Positions 48,035 through 58,036 of a DNA stretch of 64,000 bases are shown piece by piece. The stretch is from positions 1 through 64,000 of the forward strand of contig JBBIIG010000013.1 of NCBI GenBank assembly GCA_037446635.1, written 5' to 3'. Position numbers and translations under genes: made by a program. The notes under the pieces are model-generated. The model saw only the letters and a list, made by a program, of their open reading frames with translations, searched no databases and was not told where the DNA came from. The first letter of the stretch is position 1; each line of letters begins with the position of its first letter. The stretch comes from a bacterium. GTDB taxonomy: Bacteria; Zhuqueibacterota; Zhuqueibacteria; Oceanimicrobiales; Oceanimicrobiaceae.

Positions 48035-48154
48035 GCGCTCACCAGCAAAATGACGCTGAATGAAATGGCATATCTCGATGTGAGTTACGCCCCGCCGTTT
48101 GCGCCGGTGTGGGATCCGGTGCTGGTGGCGGTGGCTGCGGCGGGGAAGCGGTAG
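48035..48154 (+). repeat. Repeat R3: third copy of reductase 3' end
   Basis: 48035-48142 identical to 47284-47391; ends in-frame AAAGKR*. Confidence 0.95.
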
Positions 48155-48199
48155 CTCAAGCATTATTTTTGGAGAAATTCAAAAAAGAAGAAATAGTTT

Positions 48200-49141
48200 A
48201 TGAAAAAAATCCTCATCACCGGCATCAACGGGCAAATCGGCAGTGAACTGAGCGAGAAGTTAGAAGCTATCGTCGGAGTTGAAAACATCGTCGGGCTCGA
48301 TGTGCGGCCGTCAACCCCGCCGTATCGCATCGCCCACGAGATTGTGGACGTCACCCAAAAAGATGCGCTGCGCCACATCATCGAGCGCTATCACATCGAT
48401 ACCATTTTTCACCTCGCGTCGATTCTCTCGGCGCGCGGCGAACAGAATCCGGATCAGGCGTGGGAAATCAACACCACCGGCTTGAAGAATGTTTTGGATT
48501 TGTGCCGCGGCAAAAACATCAAAGTTTTCTGGCCCAGCTCCATTGCCGTGTTTGGCCCCACGACGCCAAAAGAGAACACGCCGCAGGACACGGTGGTGGA
48601 ACCCAGCACAATGTACGGCATCACCAAGCGTACTGGTGAGATGCTCTGCCAGTACTATTTCATGAAGTTTCATGTGGACGTGCGCAGCGTGCGCTATCCC
48701 GGTATCATCAGTTACAAAACCGAGCCCGGCGGCGGCACAACCGATTACGCCGTGGAGATTTTTTATGAAGCCCTGCGCGATCGTGTTTACACCTCCTTTG
48801 TCGGCCCTGAAACCTGCTTGCCGATGATGTACATGGACGACGCCGTGCAAGCGGCGATTCAAATCATGCAATGCGATTCCCAAAAAATCAAAATCCGTTC
48901 GAGCTACAATTTGACGGGAGTGAGTTTTACCGTCGAACAATTGGTGCGCGAGATTCAAAAATACATTCCTGAATTCCGCTGCAATTACGCGCCGGACTTC
49001 CGTCAGCAAATCGCCGATTCCTGGCCGAAGACCATCGATGATTCACGCGCCCGCCGCGATTGGGGCTGGCAGCACCAGTATGATTTGCCGGCGATTACGA
49101 AAGTGATGCTGGAAAAATTGCGTGAAAAGTTGAATTTGTAA
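48200..49141 (+). CDS. L-threonine 3-dehydrogenase (SDR/epimerase type)
   Basis: ITG.NGQIG, PSSIAVFGP, MYGITK, PGGGTTDYAV; adjacent to kbl. Confidence 0.92.
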   Translation: MKKILITGINGQIGSELSEKLEAIVGVENIVGLDVRPSTPPYRIAHEIVDVTQKDALRHIIERYHIDTIFHLASILSARGEQNPDQAWEINTTGLKNVLDLCRGKNIKVFWPSSIAVFGPTTPKENTPQDTVVEPSTMYGITKRTGEMLCQYYFMKFHVDVRSVRYPGIISYKTEPGGGTTDYAVEIFYEALRDRVYTSFVGPETCLPMMYMDDAVQAAIQIMQCDSQKIKIRSSYNLTGVSFTVEQLVREIQKYIPEFRCNYAPDFRQQIADSWPKTIDDSRARRDWGWQHQYDLPAITKVMLEKLREKLNL

Positions 49142-49204
49142 CTCAACATTTATGTTTGAGTCGAACCCACGACATTCATGTCGTGTTACGAATTAGGAGG
49201 AACT

Positions 49205-50380
49205 ATGGCGAACTTGAGTTTTCTCGATGACGAATTAAAGCAGCTGAAAGATCAGGGACTCTTCAACACCATTCGCACCATCGGCTCGGCCATGGGCGCG
49301 TGGATTGAAGTGGATGGCAAAAAAGTGTTGAACATGTGCGCCAACAATTACCTCGGGTTTGCGAATCATCCGGAGCTGAAAAAGGCGGCGCAAGATGCTA
49401 TCGAAAAATACGGTGTGGGACCGGCAGCGGTGAGATCGATTGCCGGGACGATGACCTTGCACCTCGAGTTAGAGGACAAGCTTGCCAAATTCAAAAACGT
49501 CGAGGCAGCGATTTCCTTTCAATCCGGGTTCAATTCCAACGTAGCGACGATTCCGACTTTGATGGGCCCGGAGGACGTGATTTTCTCTGACGAGCTGAAC
49601 CACGCCAGCATCATTGACGCCTGTCGTCTCACGAAAGCGAAAACGGTGCGCTATGCCCACTGCGATGCGGCCTCTCTGGAGGAAAAAATGAAAGAAGAAA
49701 ACTCCGCCCGCCGCAAATTGGTGGTTACGGACGGCGTTTTCAGCATGGACGGCGACATCGCGCCGCTGCCGGAAATTGTGGAAGTCGCCGCCAAATACGA
49801 CGCGATGGTGATGACCGACGACGCCCACGGCGAGGGCGTGCTCGGCCGCGCGGGCCGCGGCATCGCGGATCATTTTGGGCTGCACGGCAAAGTAGATATC
49901 GAAGTCGGCACGCTGTCGAAAGCGTTTGGCGTGGTGGGCGGATACGTGGCCGGCAAAAAGAAGATCGTCGATTACTTGCGGCAGCGGGCGCGGCCGTTTT
50001 TATTTTCCAGCGCGGTGACGCCGGCAGACGTGGCGGCATGCATCAAAGCCGTGGACATTTTAACGGCTTCCGGCGATCTGGTGGAAAAGCTTTGGCAGAA
50101 CACGCGCTACTTTCAAACCAAATTAAAAAATTTAGGCTACAACTTGGGTGTCACCACGACGCCCATCACGCCAGTGATGATCGGCGACCCGAAGAAGGCG
50201 CGCGAGTTCAGCGCGGCGTTGTTCGAGAACGGAATTTTCGGCATGGCGATTAGTTACCCAACAGTACCGAAGGGCAAAGACCGTATTCGCGTGATGAACT
50301 CCGCGACGCATTCAAAGGAGGATCTCGATTTTGCGGCGGGGGTATTTGAGAAGGTTGGTAAAAAGTTGAATATTATTTAA
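49205..50380 (+). CDS. kbl: Glycine C-acetyltransferase (2-amino-3-ketobutyrate CoA ligase)
   Basis: [38 protein letters not shown]. Confidence 0.92.
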   Translation: MANLSFLDDELKQLKDQGLFNTIRTIGSAMGAWIEVDGKKVLNMCANNYLGFANHPELKKAAQDAIEKYGVGPAAVRSIAGTMTLHLELEDKLAKFKNVEAAISFQSGFNSNVATIPTLMGPEDVIFSDELNHASIIDACRLTKAKTVRYAHCDAASLEEKMKEENSARRKLVVTDGVFSMDGDIAPLPEIVEVAAKYDAMVMTDDAHGEGVLGRAGRGIADHFGLHGKVDIEVGTLSKAFGVVGGYVAGKKKIVDYLRQRARPFLFSSAVTPADVAACIKAVDILTASGDLVEKLWQNTRYFQTKLKNLGYNLGVTTTPITPVMIGDPKKAREFSAALFENGIFGMAISYPTVPKGKDRIRVMNSATHSKEDLDFAAGVFEKVGKKLNII

Positions 50381-50390
50381 AAATCAGCGC

Positions 50391-50549
50391 CACAGAGGCA
50401 CAGAGATATTTGACCGCAAAGAACGCAAAGCCGGCGCAAAGGTTCGCTAAAAAAAACAAATCTTTTTCCTTGCGTTGCTTTGCGTTTTCTTAGCAAACTT
50501 TGCGGTTATTTGGGTTGCGGGCTAATTCGGGCGGTGTACTCCGTGCCTC
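50391..50549. repeat. Nested palindromic intergenic element (9-mer based)
   Basis: Outer gaggcacagag/ctccgtgcctc; inner accgcaaagaacgcaaag.../...ctttgcg...ctttgcggt. Confidence 0.7.
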
Positions 50550-50564
50550 ACTGACTTTATTAAA

Positions 50565-50981
50565 ATGAAAGCCATCGTCAAACAAATTCAGGGCAACACG
50601 TTTGTTGCCAAAGCGGACTCGGGTCATTGGCTCACCATCGACACTTCGAAAAACGATGCGGGCTCGGCGGGCGCCAGCAGTCCGGTGGAGATGGTGTTGA
50701 TGGCTTTGGGCGCGTGTTCCGCGATGGACGTGGTGTTGATGCTTAAAAAGATGCGCGCCAACGTCACCGCATTTCATATCAACCTCGATGCCGAACGCGC
50801 GGAGACCTTTCCGCGGGTGTTCACGAAAGTGAAAATGGAATACGTTCTCTCCGGCGAAGACATCAAACCCAAAGACGTCGAACGGGCGATTCAGCTTTCT
50901 ATTGAGAAATACTGCTCGGTAGCGGGAATGGTGGGGAAGACGGCGGAGATTAAGACGTCGTACAAAATCAAAAGCAGTTAA
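50565..50981 (+). CDS. OsmC/YhfA family protein
   Basis: SPVE..L..LGACS.MDV, EKYCSV. Confidence 0.92.
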   Translation: MKAIVKQIQGNTFVAKADSGHWLTIDTSKNDAGSAGASSPVEMVLMALGACSAMDVVLMLKKMRANVTAFHINLDAERAETFPRVFTKVKMEYVLSGEDIKPKDVERAIQLSIEKYCSVAGMVGKTAEIKTSYKIKSS

Positions 50982-51063
50982 CCTCGCCTACCTTTCTCTC
51001 TGTCCGTTGAGATAGGAGATAAGATTTTCGGCAAAGCTGATCCGCTTTCGCGGACAGGTTCCA

Positions 51064-51969
51064 TCAGATTATCCTTTTCCCCAACGCGCTTTCCACCAAT
51101 TCCGCCGCTACTTCTCCGGTGGTGTTGCGGAAGTCGAGAATCGGATTCACCTCCACCACTTCCATTGAACACAACCGCCGCGTACCGGCGATGATCTCCA
51201 TTGCGGTATGTGCCTCACGATAGGTGAGGCCGCCGCGCACCGGCGTGCCGACGCCCGGTGCCACCTGCGGATCGAGCGCATCCAGGTCGAGACTAAGGTG
51301 GAGAGCATCAGTGTGCTGGCTGGCGATTTCCACGGCCTCGACCATCACCTCAAAAATTCCTCGCCGGTCGATGTCTTCCATCGTGTAAACGGTGATGCCG
51401 CTTTCGCGAATCAATTGCTGCTCTTTCGGATCGAGGTTGCGCGCGCCCACCAATACCGCATCCTGCGGCCGGACTTTTTGAAAATCGCCGCCGACGCTCA
51501 CCAACTCCGGTGCGCCTTTTCCTAACACCGCGGCAAAGGGCATCCCGTGAATGTTGCCGCTCAGGGTGGTCTCGTGCGTGTTCATGTCGCCGTGAGCATC
51601 GATCCAGAGGACGCCCAATTTTTTGTTGTGCTGGCGCAGATAAGCCGCCACCCCGCCGATGGCGCCCATCGCAATAGAATGATCGCCCCCCAACACCAGC
51701 GGAAAATGCTCGCGTTCCAGGGCGCCGCCGACGTGTTGCGCGAGCTGCGAAAGAGTCTTGGTGATTTCCGGCAGGTATTTGAGTTTGGGATCGAGTATGG
51801 TCTGTACTTCCGGCGCCTCCACTTCGAGATCGCCGGCATCGATCACTTCATGGCCGATGCGCTGCAAGCGCTCGGTGATGCCGGCAATGCGAATGGCCGA
51901 GGGTCCCATATCCACGCCGCGGCGGCTGGCGCCTAAATCGAGGGGGACGCCAATAAGTTCGATTTTCAT
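51064..51969 (-). CDS. rocF: Arginase
   Basis: RRGVDMGPSA, GGDHS, DAHGD, SGNIHGMP, D.DALDP, EVNP. Confidence 0.95.
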   Translation of the reverse strand: MKIELIGVPLDLGASRRGVDMGPSAIRIAGITERLQRIGHEVIDAGDLEVEAPEVQTILDPKLKYLPEITKTLSQLAQHVGGALEREHFPLVLGGDHSIAMGAIGGVAAYLRQHNKKLGVLWIDAHGDMNTHETTLSGNIHGMPFAAVLGKGAPELVSVGGDFQKVRPQDAVLVGARNLDPKEQQLIRESGITVYTMEDIDRRGIFEVMVEAVEIASQHTDALHLSLDLDALDPQVAPGVGTPVRGGLTYREAHTAMEIIAGTRRLCSMEVVEVNPILDFRNTTGEVAAELVESALGKRII

Positions 51970-51985
51970 AGTTTTCTTCACTTAT

Positions 51986-52014
51986 CCTTGCGAAGGTTCC
52001 GAACCTTCGCAAGG
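51986..52014. repeat. Perfect REP-like palindrome
   Basis: ccttgcgaaggttc-c-gaaccttcgcaagg (14-bp arms). Confidence 0.75.
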
Positions 52015-52023
52015 TTGTGGTAT

Positions 52024-53226
52024 TCAGCTTGTGGGTTTTTCGGGCGGCGGCAAACTGGCGTGAAAATCGCGCGCGAAACGTTCGCGGTACTCGTTCAGCA
52101 ACTCCTGCACGCGATCCCACTTTTTCGCTCGCACAATTAAACCCACGTGATGATTCTTATCCTGCAGTCGCCAAGTGATTTCCGGATCGCAATACGCGGA
52201 GGTATCGGGTTGCGGCTGGCGGGCGAGGGTGATGATCAGCCCGGCGTAGTCGCTTCGCAGCTTTGGAAGCGTGTAGGCTTTTTTCCCGCGCCCGATTTCC
52301 AACTTCGCCCACTCGACCCAGAGGTTAACACCCGTCGCGGCCTCCACCAGATCTGCGATATGCGCCCCGCCCACCCGCGCCGCGGTTTCGAGAAAATAGA
52401 ATCGGCCGTTGTTGCTGCTTTTGATGAATTCCGTGTGGGTAACGCCGCGCACCAACCCAAAGTTGGCGATTAGCTTTTTGTTCATTTCTCGCAATTTGGC
52501 GATCTCGGGATCCGCCCGTTTCATGGTGAAGCTGGTGAAGATGCCGCCTTCGTGCGCCACATTCATCGGCGGCGCGCCGTATTTATGAAACGCGGCGAAC
52601 ACCACCTTGCGCTCCGAGACAATAGAGTCCACGTGATAGACATCGCCGCTGAGGTATTTTTCCAGCAAATGAAAGGATTGGCGATCTCCTAATTCTTCTA
52701 GCGTTTTCCACAAATGATTTTGATTGATGATTTTTTTGATGCCGATGGCCGAGGCCTGCGACCGCGGCTTCAACACCCACGGCGGCGGCACGCGCTTCAT
52801 GAATTCGTGCAGACGGTCGTAATTTAGCACGTGAATGAAATCCGGCACAGGTATGCTGCTCTCTCGCGCCTGCACCCGCATCGCCAATTTGTCGCGAAAG
52901 TAGCGCGCGGTGGTGTCGCCCATGCCGGGCGTGCGCAGGTGTTCGCGCAGCCGGGCCGCGGTTTCCACATCGAAATCATCCAGCGCCACGATGACGTCAA
53001 ACTTGCGAGTGCGGGCGAGGTAGCTGACACCGTTGATCACATGATCGAGGTTGTATAAATCCGACAAGGCGTGAATTTCGTCAATGTGATCGCGCGGCCA
53101 GTTTTCGCTCAACAATTTCTCTGCCGTCAGCAACGTAACGCGTGCGCCATTTCGTTTGCATTCGATGAGAAACGCGGCGCCTTTAAAATAACTGGCGAGG
53201 CACAAAACCGACGGGGGTGCAGCCAC
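52024..53226 (-). CDS. ATP-grasp domain protein
   Basis: [32 protein letters not shown]. Confidence 0.88.
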   Translation of the reverse strand: MAAPPSVLCLASYFKGAAFLIECKRNGARVTLLTAEKLLSENWPRDHIDEIHALSDLYNLDHVINGVSYLARTRKFDVIVALDDFDVETAARLREHLRTPGMGDTTARYFRDKLAMRVQARESSIPVPDFIHVLNYDRLHEFMKRVPPPWVLKPRSQASAIGIKKIINQNHLWKTLEELGDRQSFHLLEKYLSGDVYHVDSIVSERKVVFAAFHKYGAPPMNVAHEGGIFTSFTMKRADPEIAKLREMNKKLIANFGLVRGVTHTEFIKSSNNGRFYFLETAARVGGAHIADLVEAATGVNLWVEWAKLEIGRGKKAYTLPKLRSDYAGLIITLARQPQPDTSAYCDPEITWRLQDKNHHVGLIVRAKKWDRVQELLNEYRERFARDFHASLPPPEKPTS

Positions 53227-53735
53227 GAAGATTGTTTCTCCTTAATTTTTTTTCACAAGAAATAAAAATATTAAACACCCAAAGACACCGAAACGACCGA
53301 ACGTTATTTTGAGGTTTTGAAGACTTTTTTGATCAATGAATTTTAATAACTTCGATGGTTAGGCGTTCTTCGGTGGTCTAATTTTTCATTGAATCATTAG
53401 ATGAAACAATTTTTCGCATGTTGCGACGACTGGTTTCACGGCGAATTTAAGAGAATGGACTCAAAAGCGCAAAGGTTTTTCCTAAGGAACACAGGAAAAA
53501 ATCTTTTCTGCGAAGGGACGCTGCCGAAAACTTTCGGATTTTAAATCCGACTTTTTCTGATCATCCGAGTTCTATTTGAGCAACCGTTTCCAAAACCCCC
53601 TGACTTCCGAGTTTTCACTTTACTTTTGAAAAAAGATTTTATATTTTCACGCCGGAATTTAGCAGCCAACACCGCAGCCCTGCCGTTTCGTTTTCTAATA
53701 ATTACGATCTCATTCACAAAAACCAAGAGGTGGCT

Positions 53736-54776
53736 ATGTTGAAAATTGGCATCCTTCGCGGCATGGAAAACTCGTTTCCGGAGGCGCTGATTCAGCGGAT
53801 AAACGAAAAAGCCAAGAAAATTAAGCAGGAGGTGGTGGGTGAATACGTGGCCGTCGGCGGCGTTCGCATGGACGCGCCCTGCCCCTACGCCGTCATCCTC
53901 GATCGCATTTCGCAAGACGTGGTTTTTTATCGAACCTATTTGAAACAGGCGGTGCTGCAGGGGGCGTACGTCGTCAACAACCCGTTTTGGTGGAGCGCCG
54001 ACGACAAATTTTTTAACTACGCGCTGATGACGAAGTTGGGGGTCGCGATTCCGAAAACGGTGGTGCTGCCGCAGAATGCTCATCCAGAGGGCACCACCAC
54101 GGAGTCCATGAGAAATTTAATCTATCCATTGAACTGGGACGAAATTTTCCGCTATATCGAATTCCCCGCGTTCCTCAAGCCGCACAGCGGCGGCGGCTGG
54201 AAAAAGGTTTACAAAGTGCACGCCCCCGATGAATTTTTTCATTATTACAATCAAAGCGGAACCACCTGCATGGTGCTGCAGGAAAACATTGAGTTTCAGG
54301 AATATTATCGCTGCTATTGCGTGGGGCAGAAGGATGTCCATATTATGCCGTATGATCCGAAGTTGCCCTACGGTCAGCAATATTTGACCGACGCCCAGCC
54401 GCTGAGCAATAAAATGAAAAAGCGCGTGCAGGAAGATGTTTTAAAAATTTGTCAGACCTTGGGCTATGATTTGAACACCGTGGAATTTGCGGTGCGCGAC
54501 GGCGTGCCCTACGCCATCGATTTTCTCAACCCGGCGCCGGATGCGGACTATCATTCCGTAACGCCCACAAATTTCGAATGGATTGTGGAGAAGACGGCGG
54601 GCTTCTTAATTCATTGCGCATTGAACAAGCCTAACCCCGCAAAAGAATTTCACTGGTCGAAATTTTTGAAACCGCAGCCACTTGTGTCGTCCAAACCGAA
54701 GGCGAAGGTAGCAGAAAAAGTTAAGGGAAAAAAGATCACTAAGCCCAAATCCCAAGCATCGAAAAAGAAAAAATAA
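53736..54776 (+). CDS. RimK/glutathione-synthase-like ATP-grasp protein with Lys-rich tail
   Basis: NNPFWWSADDKF, FLKP..GGGW, LQENI, NTVEFA, IDF.NPAPD. Confidence 0.85.
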   Translation: MLKIGILRGMENSFPEALIQRINEKAKKIKQEVVGEYVAVGGVRMDAPCPYAVILDRISQDVVFYRTYLKQAVLQGAYVVNNPFWWSADDKFFNYALMTKLGVAIPKTVVLPQNAHPEGTTTESMRNLIYPLNWDEIFRYIEFPAFLKPHSGGGWKKVYKVHAPDEFFHYYNQSGTTCMVLQENIEFQEYYRCYCVGQKDVHIMPYDPKLPYGQQYLTDAQPLSNKMKKRVQEDVLKICQTLGYDLNTVEFAVRDGVPYAIDFLNPAPDADYHSVTPTNFEWIVEKTAGFLIHCALNKPNPAKEFHWSKFLKPQPLVSSKPKAKVAEKVKGKKITKPKSQASKKKK

Positions 54777-54895
54777 AACAGAGGCGCGGATTCCGTGCTT
54801 TTCAGTGTGCCGCGGTATTTAATTTATCGATTTCCGAGTTGGTGCTTTCGGTGTGCTTCGGTGTTGATATCGACCTTCCGAATTTGGAACTGGAA

Positions 54896-55129
54896 TCAGG
54901 TTTGAATGGCGATGCGGTCCGGGTTGACGATTTTCAAAAGCGCCCACAAAGCGTCTTTGATTTCAGGCAAAGATGCGGGGCTGAGCGATACGACAAACTC
55001 GTCGTTTATCACGCGATTGACGATATCCTCCTGATAGTAATCGCTGCGCAGATTTTTGATTTCTGCAGTTAATTGGCTAAGCTCGTTTAGGTTGACTTGG
55101 TTAACGATGAGATCCACACGGTTTACCAT
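54896..55129 (-). CDS. Small hypothetical protein
   Basis: 77 aa, RBS GAGGGAG upstream. Confidence 0.55.
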   Translation of the reverse strand: MVNRVDLIVNQVNLNELSQLTAEIKNLRSDYYQEDIVNRVINDEFVVSLSPASLPEIKDALWALLKIVNPDRIAIQT

Positions 55130-55497
55130 AGAACTGCTCCCTCATCCTTTCGTTTTTGATTCCGACGTTATACTTGTTTAGTGTTTGAAATGATCCCTTT
55201 TCTTTCAAACAAATTTTGAAATCTTAGATCTCAAAAATGTAAAACCGCTTCGTTGGCGTCTCTAATTTGTGCGGCTTTTGCTCAATTAGAGACAATCACT
55301 GTGCCAGAAAAAGTCAAGCGCATTCAAGCGGAGTTCGAATTTTTAAGTGCTGCCCAGCAGTACAGGTTGAACGAATTGGTGCAGATCAAAAACTACATTT
55401 ATTGCTGGAAGGGAAGGAGATCGGCTAAGAACGCGATTATTTTGTTGAAAAAACGGATGCCGGAGAAATGATCACCGGTATCCGTTTAAGATTCAAA

Positions 55498-56460
55498 TTA
55501 CGCCGCTTCGAGAGATTCTTCTTTTTGCTTGAAATTTGGGGTCTCAATCTTCTCAACCGGCTGCGGAATGGTTTTTTTCTGCGGCGCCGATTTTACCAGC
55601 ATCACTCCCGCCACGATAATAAGCGTCGCGGCGGCGACCATCCAGTCTAATCGTTCACCCAAAATCAGCCAGCCGAGGAAGACTGCAATCACCGGGTTGA
55701 TATAGGCATACATCGAGACAATCGAGGCCGGCAGTTTCGCCAGCGCATAAATATAAGAACCGTAGCCGACGATCGATCCAAAAACCAAAAGATAGCCAAT
55801 TGCCGCAAAGCCTTTGGGACTGAAATAGAGTCGGCTAAATTCACCCGCCAGGCCGCCAACGGCTATGAGCACCGCGCCGGCAACGATCATCTGAATCGCC
55901 GCGCCCATAAACGGGTGGCTTTTAAACTTGCGGTATTTTGAATAAATCGATCCCGCGCCCCACGCGATGGGCGGAATTAGCATCGCGAAAATTCCTTTCA
56001 AATAATTAGGATCAATTGATCCCTGTAAATCCGGCCACAGCAGCAACACGAGCCCGGAAAAACCCACCAGAATTCCAAGCACCTTTTTGAGATTGAGTTT
56101 ATCGCCGCGCGGCAGGGCCGCTTCCATTCCCACCATGAAAAACGGCAGCGTGGCCACGATCAGCGCCGCTAAACTGCTGGGAATCCACTGTTCTGCCCAA
56201 ACCACCGTGCCATTGGCGATGGTCAGCAGCGCAATTCCGATGATGGCGTTGTCCAGCAATTCCCGGCCACGCGGAACCTTATAGCCTTTTGCCAGAAGAA
56301 AGGGCAAAAAAACCAGGCCGGCGGCCAAAAATCGAAAGCCCGCGAACAGCGCCGGCGGCACGCTTTCCACGCCAATGCGGATGGCGAGATAAGTTGTTCC
56401 CCAGAAGAAACACACCGCCGCCCACGCCAGATATGCTTTAAAATTTTCTTTGCTGTCCAT
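55498..56460 (-). CDS. EamA/DMT family transporter (YedA-like)
   Basis: WGTTYLAIR, ten TMs, YAYINPVIAVFLG. Confidence 0.93.
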   Translation of the reverse strand: MDSKENFKAYLAWAAVCFFWGTTYLAIRIGVESVPPALFAGFRFLAAGLVFLPFLLAKGYKVPRGRELLDNAIIGIALLTIANGTVVWAEQWIPSSLAALIVATLPFFMVGMEAALPRGDKLNLKKVLGILVGFSGLVLLLWPDLQGSIDPNYLKGIFAMLIPPIAWGAGSIYSKYRKFKSHPFMGAAIQMIVAGAVLIAVGGLAGEFSRLYFSPKGFAAIGYLLVFGSIVGYGSYIYALAKLPASIVSMYAYINPVIAVFLGWLILGERLDWMVAAATLIIVAGVMLVKSAPQKKTIPQPVEKIETPNFKQKEESLEAA

Positions 56461-56702
56461 TTTATGTTTCCCTCACGTTGAGCGAGCTAAAATAGAATTT
56501 TCGGAATCAAATGCCAGCCGAATCTTGCTAAACTAACATGATTATTAAATCTAACAGGGCTATATTTAAGCCTCAGTTGTATAGCGCACGGAGTAATAGA
56601 GTTTTGTATTGATGGATTAATGAAAAGCGAACAGCATTGATCCAATAATCCATCAATCCACTATTCCATCGTAATTGAATGGCGATATTCGACATTTAAA
56701 AC

Positions 56703-57164
56703 TCATCCGCTTCTCAACATCGTGCCGCCGATTTTCTCGAAATAGGTCTGCAGCACGATGGTGGTTTTAGTGGTCATTTCCAGCGGCGTTTTCTTGAGTA
56801 AGTTCACGATCTCATTGAGTTGGTCGATGTCCGCCGCGCGGACTTTGAACAGAAAGCAATCCTCGCCGGCGATCGTATGAATTTCGAGAATCTCGTTTCG
56901 TTTGGCCAAGTCGCGCAGGGCTTTATCGGCCTCTTTGTTAACGATGCCAGCATATCGCGCTGATATAAAAGCGGTGATGGACTGGCCCACGGCTACCGGA
57001 TCGACAATCGCTGTGTAGCCTTTGATGACGCCGCTCTGCTCCAACTTTTTGACGCGCTCGGCTACCGCGGGCCGCGACAGACCGATCTCATCGGCGATTT
57101 GCGCGTGCGGGGTGCGCGCATCCTTTAACAGATAAGCGATGATTTGCTGATCGACTTCGTTCAT
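56703..57164 (-). CDS. Lrp/AsnC family regulator
   Basis: D..I...L.KDAR, GLS.PAV.ERVKKLE..GVI.GY, AGED. Confidence 0.95.
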   Translation of the reverse strand: MNEVDQQIIAYLLKDARTPHAQIADEIGLSRPAVAERVKKLEQSGVIKGYTAIVDPVAVGQSITAFISARYAGIVNKEADKALRDLAKRNEILEIHTIAGEDCFLFKVRAADIDQLNEIVNLLKKTPLEMTTKTTIVLQTYFEKIGGTMLRSG

Positions 57165-57403
57165 GGCAACCCGACTATTGGCAAATATTATTAAAATTTT
57201 TCTTTCAATACGACGGACTATTTCAAGAAGTTCCTACGAATAGTAAGTTTTTTTTTTGAAGAGTAGAAACGAATAGTTTTCTTAAAAATGATAATGATGG
57301 TGGTTGATTTTCTCAGCGATAAGAATACATCGTACTTTATCGGACTGCTTGAAGCGGTGTAAGCCTTTGAAGATACATTCACTAACTCACTTCTTTCGGC
57401 CAG

Positions 57404-57418
57404 TGGCATGATATCTGC
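57404..57418 (+). promoter_or_regulatory. Possible sigma54 promoter for efflux operon
   Basis: TGGCATGATATCTGC, GG-N10-GC spacing. Confidence 0.35.
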
Positions 57419-57513
57419 TAAAAACCTCAAAAATAAAACTTGATTTTATCTGCGGAAACCTTATTTTTCAAACCAGCGTTAAACCAGGCGATTTGAAATT
57501 TGATTTAGACGAC

Positions 57514-57921
57514 ATGAAACAAATCACCAAAATCTTCGCGGCTTTTTTGATTGTGCCGGTCATGCTGTTGAATCTCCCGTTTGTAAGCACCGTCTGCCAA
57601 TCGACTCCCGGCATGGAGAAGATGTCCTGCTGCATTCCAAAGGCCGCCGCGTGCGATATGAGTGGCGCGCAATTGCAGAAAGCCAGTTGCGGTTGCTCCA
57701 CCACCAAGAGCACGCAAAGCAACGCCAACGTCATCAACTCATCTGAAATTATTCGAATCTCTTCCAAGGAGTTATTCAAGACGAGTACTGCGGTTCTTTC
57801 GTTTGATCAGAACGAAGGCAATACGCATTTATTTACCCCCACAAGTTTCGACCTCTATCAACAACCCAAATTTCTCGATTCTCAAAAAATCTACGTTTTC
57901 GTCTCCTCGTACCTGATCTGA
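57514..57921 (+). CDS. Cys-rich exported leader-like protein upstream of metal efflux operon
   Basis: Signal-like N-terminus, C..SCC..C..SCGC, hydrophobic C-terminus IYVFVSSYLI. Confidence 0.75.
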   Translation: MKQITKIFAAFLIVPVMLLNLPFVSTVCQSTPGMEKMSCCIPKAAACDMSGAQLQKASCGCSTTKSTQSNANVINSSEIIRISSKELFKTSTAVLSFDQNEGNTHLFTPTSFDLYQQPKFLDSQKIYVFVSSYLI

Positions 57922-58035
57922 TTTCTCCGCCTCTCGACTCTCTCATTTAGTCCCGGTTACGGTGTAACTGAAACCGATTCGTGCGTCTATTTGCACGTGC
58001 AAAGGTTATTTCATCAATTTTTAGATCAGGTGTGG
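57907..58035 (+). promoter_or_regulatory. Predicted RNA stem sequestering the RBS of the outer-membrane factor gene
   Basis: tcgtacctgatctga (57907-57921) pairs with ttagatcaggtgtgg (58021-58035), with G-U pairs; ATG at 58037. Confidence 0.65.
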
Positions 58036-58036
58036 A

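Noticed and set aside
46486..48142. CRISPR array or integron attC reading of the repeats
   Set aside because: Repeats exceed 100 bp, are protein-coding in origin and non-palindromic, and are spaced 751-855 bp apart; no cas or intI genes.
46405..48154. Diversity-generating retroelement (TR/VR) reading of R1/R2/R3
   Set aside because: About half of the R2-to-R1 differences are at non-adenine positions, and no reverse transcriptase is in the window.
55253..55471. 72-aa plus-strand ORF
   Set aside because: TTG start, no RBS, no recognisable motif.
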